A stretch of 64,000 nt of DNA from an uncultured Pseudomonadales bacterium (GTDB taxonomy: Bacteria; Patescibacteriota; Microgenomatia; UBA1400), in NCBI GenBank assembly GCA_964589815.1, contig CAZPUR010000005.1, positions 7,472 through 71,471 on the forward strand, read 5' to 3'. Of this stretch, positions 61,632-64,000 are shown piece after piece (position 1 is the stretch's first letter; the number at the start of each line of letters is the position of its first letter). A program made the position numbers and the translations under genes. The notes beneath the pieces were generated by a model. That model was not told the DNA's origin. It was given only the letters and a program-made list of their open reading frames with translations, and did no database searches.

Positions 61632-62680
61632 TTAACAACAAAAAATTTAATTCCGTGGGAATTTTAGGTTTTGCTGGTTATTTACCTTTTTGGCGGATGA
61701 AAACAGCGGAAATTGGTCAAAACTGGGGTCAAGACAAAGTAGAAGCCTTGGGCACAAGTCAAAAAGCAGTAGCTGATCTTGACGAAGATTGTTTGACTAT
61801 GGCAGTTGAGGCAAGTCAAGATGCTCTAAAAAGGAGCGGAATTCATGCCCAGAAAATCGGCGCTGTTTTTATTGGCAGTGAATCGCATCCTTATGCAGTT
61901 AAACCTACGGGAACAATTTTGGCAGACATTTTAGGGATTAAAAATGAATATTTTTGTGCTGATTTGGAGTTTGCCTGTAAGGCAGCTACTACTGGTTTAC
62001 AGATTGTGGCGGCGATGATTGAGTCGGGTTTGATTGAATATGGTTTAGTAGTAGGAAGCGACAAAGCCCAAAGCGAACCGGGTGATGCCTTGGAATATAC
62101 GGCCGCAGCTGGCGCAGCCGCCTTTATTCTGGCTAAAAAGGAAAATAGCTTGGTCGAACTTAAGGCAACTTATTCTTTTAATTCAGATACGCCTGATTTT
62201 TGGCGAAGACAAGGTTGTGATTATCCTTGTCATGCCGGCCGCTTCACCGGAGAACCGGGATATTTTTATCATCTTAAAAATTGCCTCAGTCAGTTTTTTA
62301 AAAGAATAAAAAAACAGCCCGGAGACTTTGATGCTGTAATTTTTCATATGCCTAACACCAAGTTTCCCTTAAAACTAGGCAAAAGCTTGGGATTTAAAAC
62401 AAAACAGTTAAGGCCAGGTTTTTTAGTGCCTCAGATTGGTAATCCTTATTCTGCCTCTTCTCTTTTGGGTTTAGTGGCCACTTTAGAACAAGCAAGGCTA
62501 AATCAAAATATTTTACTAGTTTCTTATGGTTCAGGAGCAGGGAGTGATGCTTTTTGGTTAAAAACAAAGAAGGGTATTAAAGCGGTCCAAGAAAAAGGAA
62601 GGCCAATAGAAAAATATTTACAAGAGAATAAACAAATTAGCTATTTTTCTTACTTAAGAAATTATGGATTTTTGCCTTAG
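61628..62680 (+). CDS. HMG-CoA synthase, archaeal type
   Basis: GSESHPYAVKP, DLEFACKA, DTPDFWRR, GRFTGEPGYF, SYGSGAGSDAF. Confidence 0.94.
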   Translation: MINNKKFNSVGILGFAGYLPFWRMKTAEIGQNWGQDKVEALGTSQKAVADLDEDCLTMAVEASQDALKRSGIHAQKIGAVFIGSESHPYAVKPTGTILADILGIKNEYFCADLEFACKAATTGLQIVAAMIESGLIEYGLVVGSDKAQSEPGDALEYTAAAGAAAFILAKKENSLVELKATYSFNSDTPDFWRRQGCDYPCHAGRFTGEPGYFYHLKNCLSQFFKRIKKQPGDFDAVIFHMPNTKFPLKLGKSLGFKTKQLRPGFLVPQIGNPYSASSLLGLVATLEQARLNQNILLVSYGSGAGSDAFWLKTKKGIKAVQEKGRPIEKYLQENKQISYFSYLRNYGFLP

Positions 62681-62718
62681 ATTAAACAATCGTTTTGTCT
62701 AAAAGAAAGGTTTTAATA

Positions 62719-63870
62719 GTGAAAATAGCCGTTTTAGGAGCTTACCAGACAAAATTTGGTGAACTTTGGGATAAAAGCCTGGGGGATTTAATTTTTGAGG
62801 CCGGTTCAGGAGCAATTAGAGATGCTCAAATTAACAAAAAGAAGATTCAAATTGCTTTTATTGGTAATAAGTTAGCCGGAAAATTAAGCGACCAGAATCA
62901 TTTAGGGGCTCTTTTGGCTGAAAATTTGGGCATTAATATTCCGGTAGTTAGAATAGAAGCTGCTTGTGCTTCTGGCGGAGTGGCCGTAGCTCAAAGTTGT
63001 ATGGCCATAGAGTCCGGTCAATTTGATTATGCTTTAGTCATAGGAGCGGAAAAAATGACTGATAGACTTATTGACCAAGTTTCTTCTGGTTTAATGAGCG
63101 CGGCCGGTAATGATGAACAGCAAGGCGGCTTTTCTTTTGTAGGACTGTATGCTTTAATAGCTAGAAAATATCTTCAAGATTTCAGTGCTTCAGAAAAAGA
63201 TTTAACCTTGCCCGCAGCCAAAAATCACTGGCATGCCAGTTTTAATCCCAAAGCCCAGTTTCCTTTTCCAGTAACGGTTAAGCAAATTCTTGCCAGTGCT
63301 GTCGTTGCTGACCCTTTAAGGCTTTTGGAATGTTCTCCTGTTTCTGACGGAGCCGCGGCCCTGGTTTTGGCCAACCCGAGGGTGGCCTCAAAAAACAAAA
63401 CCAAAAACAGAGTTTATATAACTGCCAGTTCTCAAGCCAGCACCAGTTTGTCATTAAGTCAAAGAAAGAGTTTAACCCAGATTAATTCCAGTAAATTGGC
63501 CAGCCAAAAGGCTTATCAACAAGCAGGTTTGGGTCCAAAAGATTTATCTTTACTTGAAGTTCACGATTGTTTTTCTATTGCTGAAATTATTGCTTTGGAA
63601 GATTTAGGGATCTACCAAAAAGGAGAAGGTTTTATTGCCGAGCGCAATGGTGAAGTGAGACTGGGGGGTAAAAGACCGGTTAATCTTTCCGGCGGCTTAA
63701 AGGCCTGCGGTCATCCGGTCGGAGCAACCGGTGTTAAACAAGTAGTGGAAATTGTTGATCAACTGAGAGACAGAGCAGGTAAAAGGCAAGCCAAAGGATT
63801 AAAAGTAGGTTTGACTCATAATCTTGGCGGCACCGGCGGCACCGCCGTAGTGCACATCTTGCAGAAATAA
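62719..63870 (+). CDS. Acetyl-CoA acetyltransferase (archaeal/SCP2-like thiolase)
   Basis: EAACASGG, KNH, EVHDCF, GGLKACGHPVGATG, HNLGG; GTG start 62719. Confidence 0.93.
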   Translation: MKIAVLGAYQTKFGELWDKSLGDLIFEAGSGAIRDAQINKKKIQIAFIGNKLAGKLSDQNHLGALLAENLGINIPVVRIEAACASGGVAVAQSCMAIESGQFDYALVIGAEKMTDRLIDQVSSGLMSAAGNDEQQGGFSFVGLYALIARKYLQDFSASEKDLTLPAAKNHWHASFNPKAQFPFPVTVKQILASAVVADPLRLLECSPVSDGAAALVLANPRVASKNKTKNRVYITASSQASTSLSLSQRKSLTQINSSKLASQKAYQQAGLGPKDLSLLEVHDCFSIAEIIALEDLGIYQKGEGFIAERNGEVRLGGKRPVNLSGGLKACGHPVGATGVKQVVEIVDQLRDRAGKRQAKGLKVGLTHNLGGTGGTAVVHILQK

Positions 63871-63886
63871 TTTTTAAAAGAATTTT

Positions 63887-64000
63887 ATGCACAGTCCTAT
63901 TGCTAATTGGCGTCACAAAAAGGAAGAATATAGGTATTTGGATAAGATTGGTAAAATAATTAGTTTTACCAAAATCTATAATCTGCCTGAGGGTTTTGGA
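63887..64000 (+). CDS. DUF35/OB-fold scaffold protein (partial, runs off window)
   Basis: Manual translation MHSPIANWRHKKEEYRYLDKIGKIISFTKIYNLPEGFG; follows thiolase; GKIISFT.I...PEGF resembles DUF35 OB-fold start. Confidence 0.7.
   Translation, partial: MHSPIANWRHKKEEYRYLDKIGKIISFTKIYNLPEGFG

Overview
Low-GC bacterial chromosome segment that contains the replication origin (jag-yidC-yidD-rnpA-rpmH | dnaA-oriC-dnaN). Gene content and style (short ValRS, DUF4012 proteins, oriC-linked T4SS-like cluster, archaeal-type mevalonate genes, many apparently leaderless genes) point to a Patescibacteria/CPR genome, most likely Microgenomates; this assignment is inference. Left of oriC: hrcA (5' end) and groES/EL with CIRCE sites, a late-purine operon (PurC-PurE fusion, split purH in swapped order, purB, purA) with a VirD4/TrwB-like ATPase embedded in it, envelope genes and valS. 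Right of oriC: a ~21.7 kb T4SS-like locus (seven tandem VirB2/TrbC-like pilins, Cys-rich secreted protein, VirB6-like, two large orphan C-terminal-TM proteins, HExxH membrane peptidase, 1268-aa M23-like protein, PrgI-like, VirB4), then an archaeal-type mevalonate operon with an ECF sigma factor. Two families of small repeats (nested GC-rich palindromes and degenerate heptamer tracts) are scattered throughout; they sit beside promoters, bracket a four-helix-bundle gene and occur in frame inside conserved proteins. No rRNA, tRNA, CRISPR array or transposase was recognised. All family assignments come from motif recognition by eye, not database searches.
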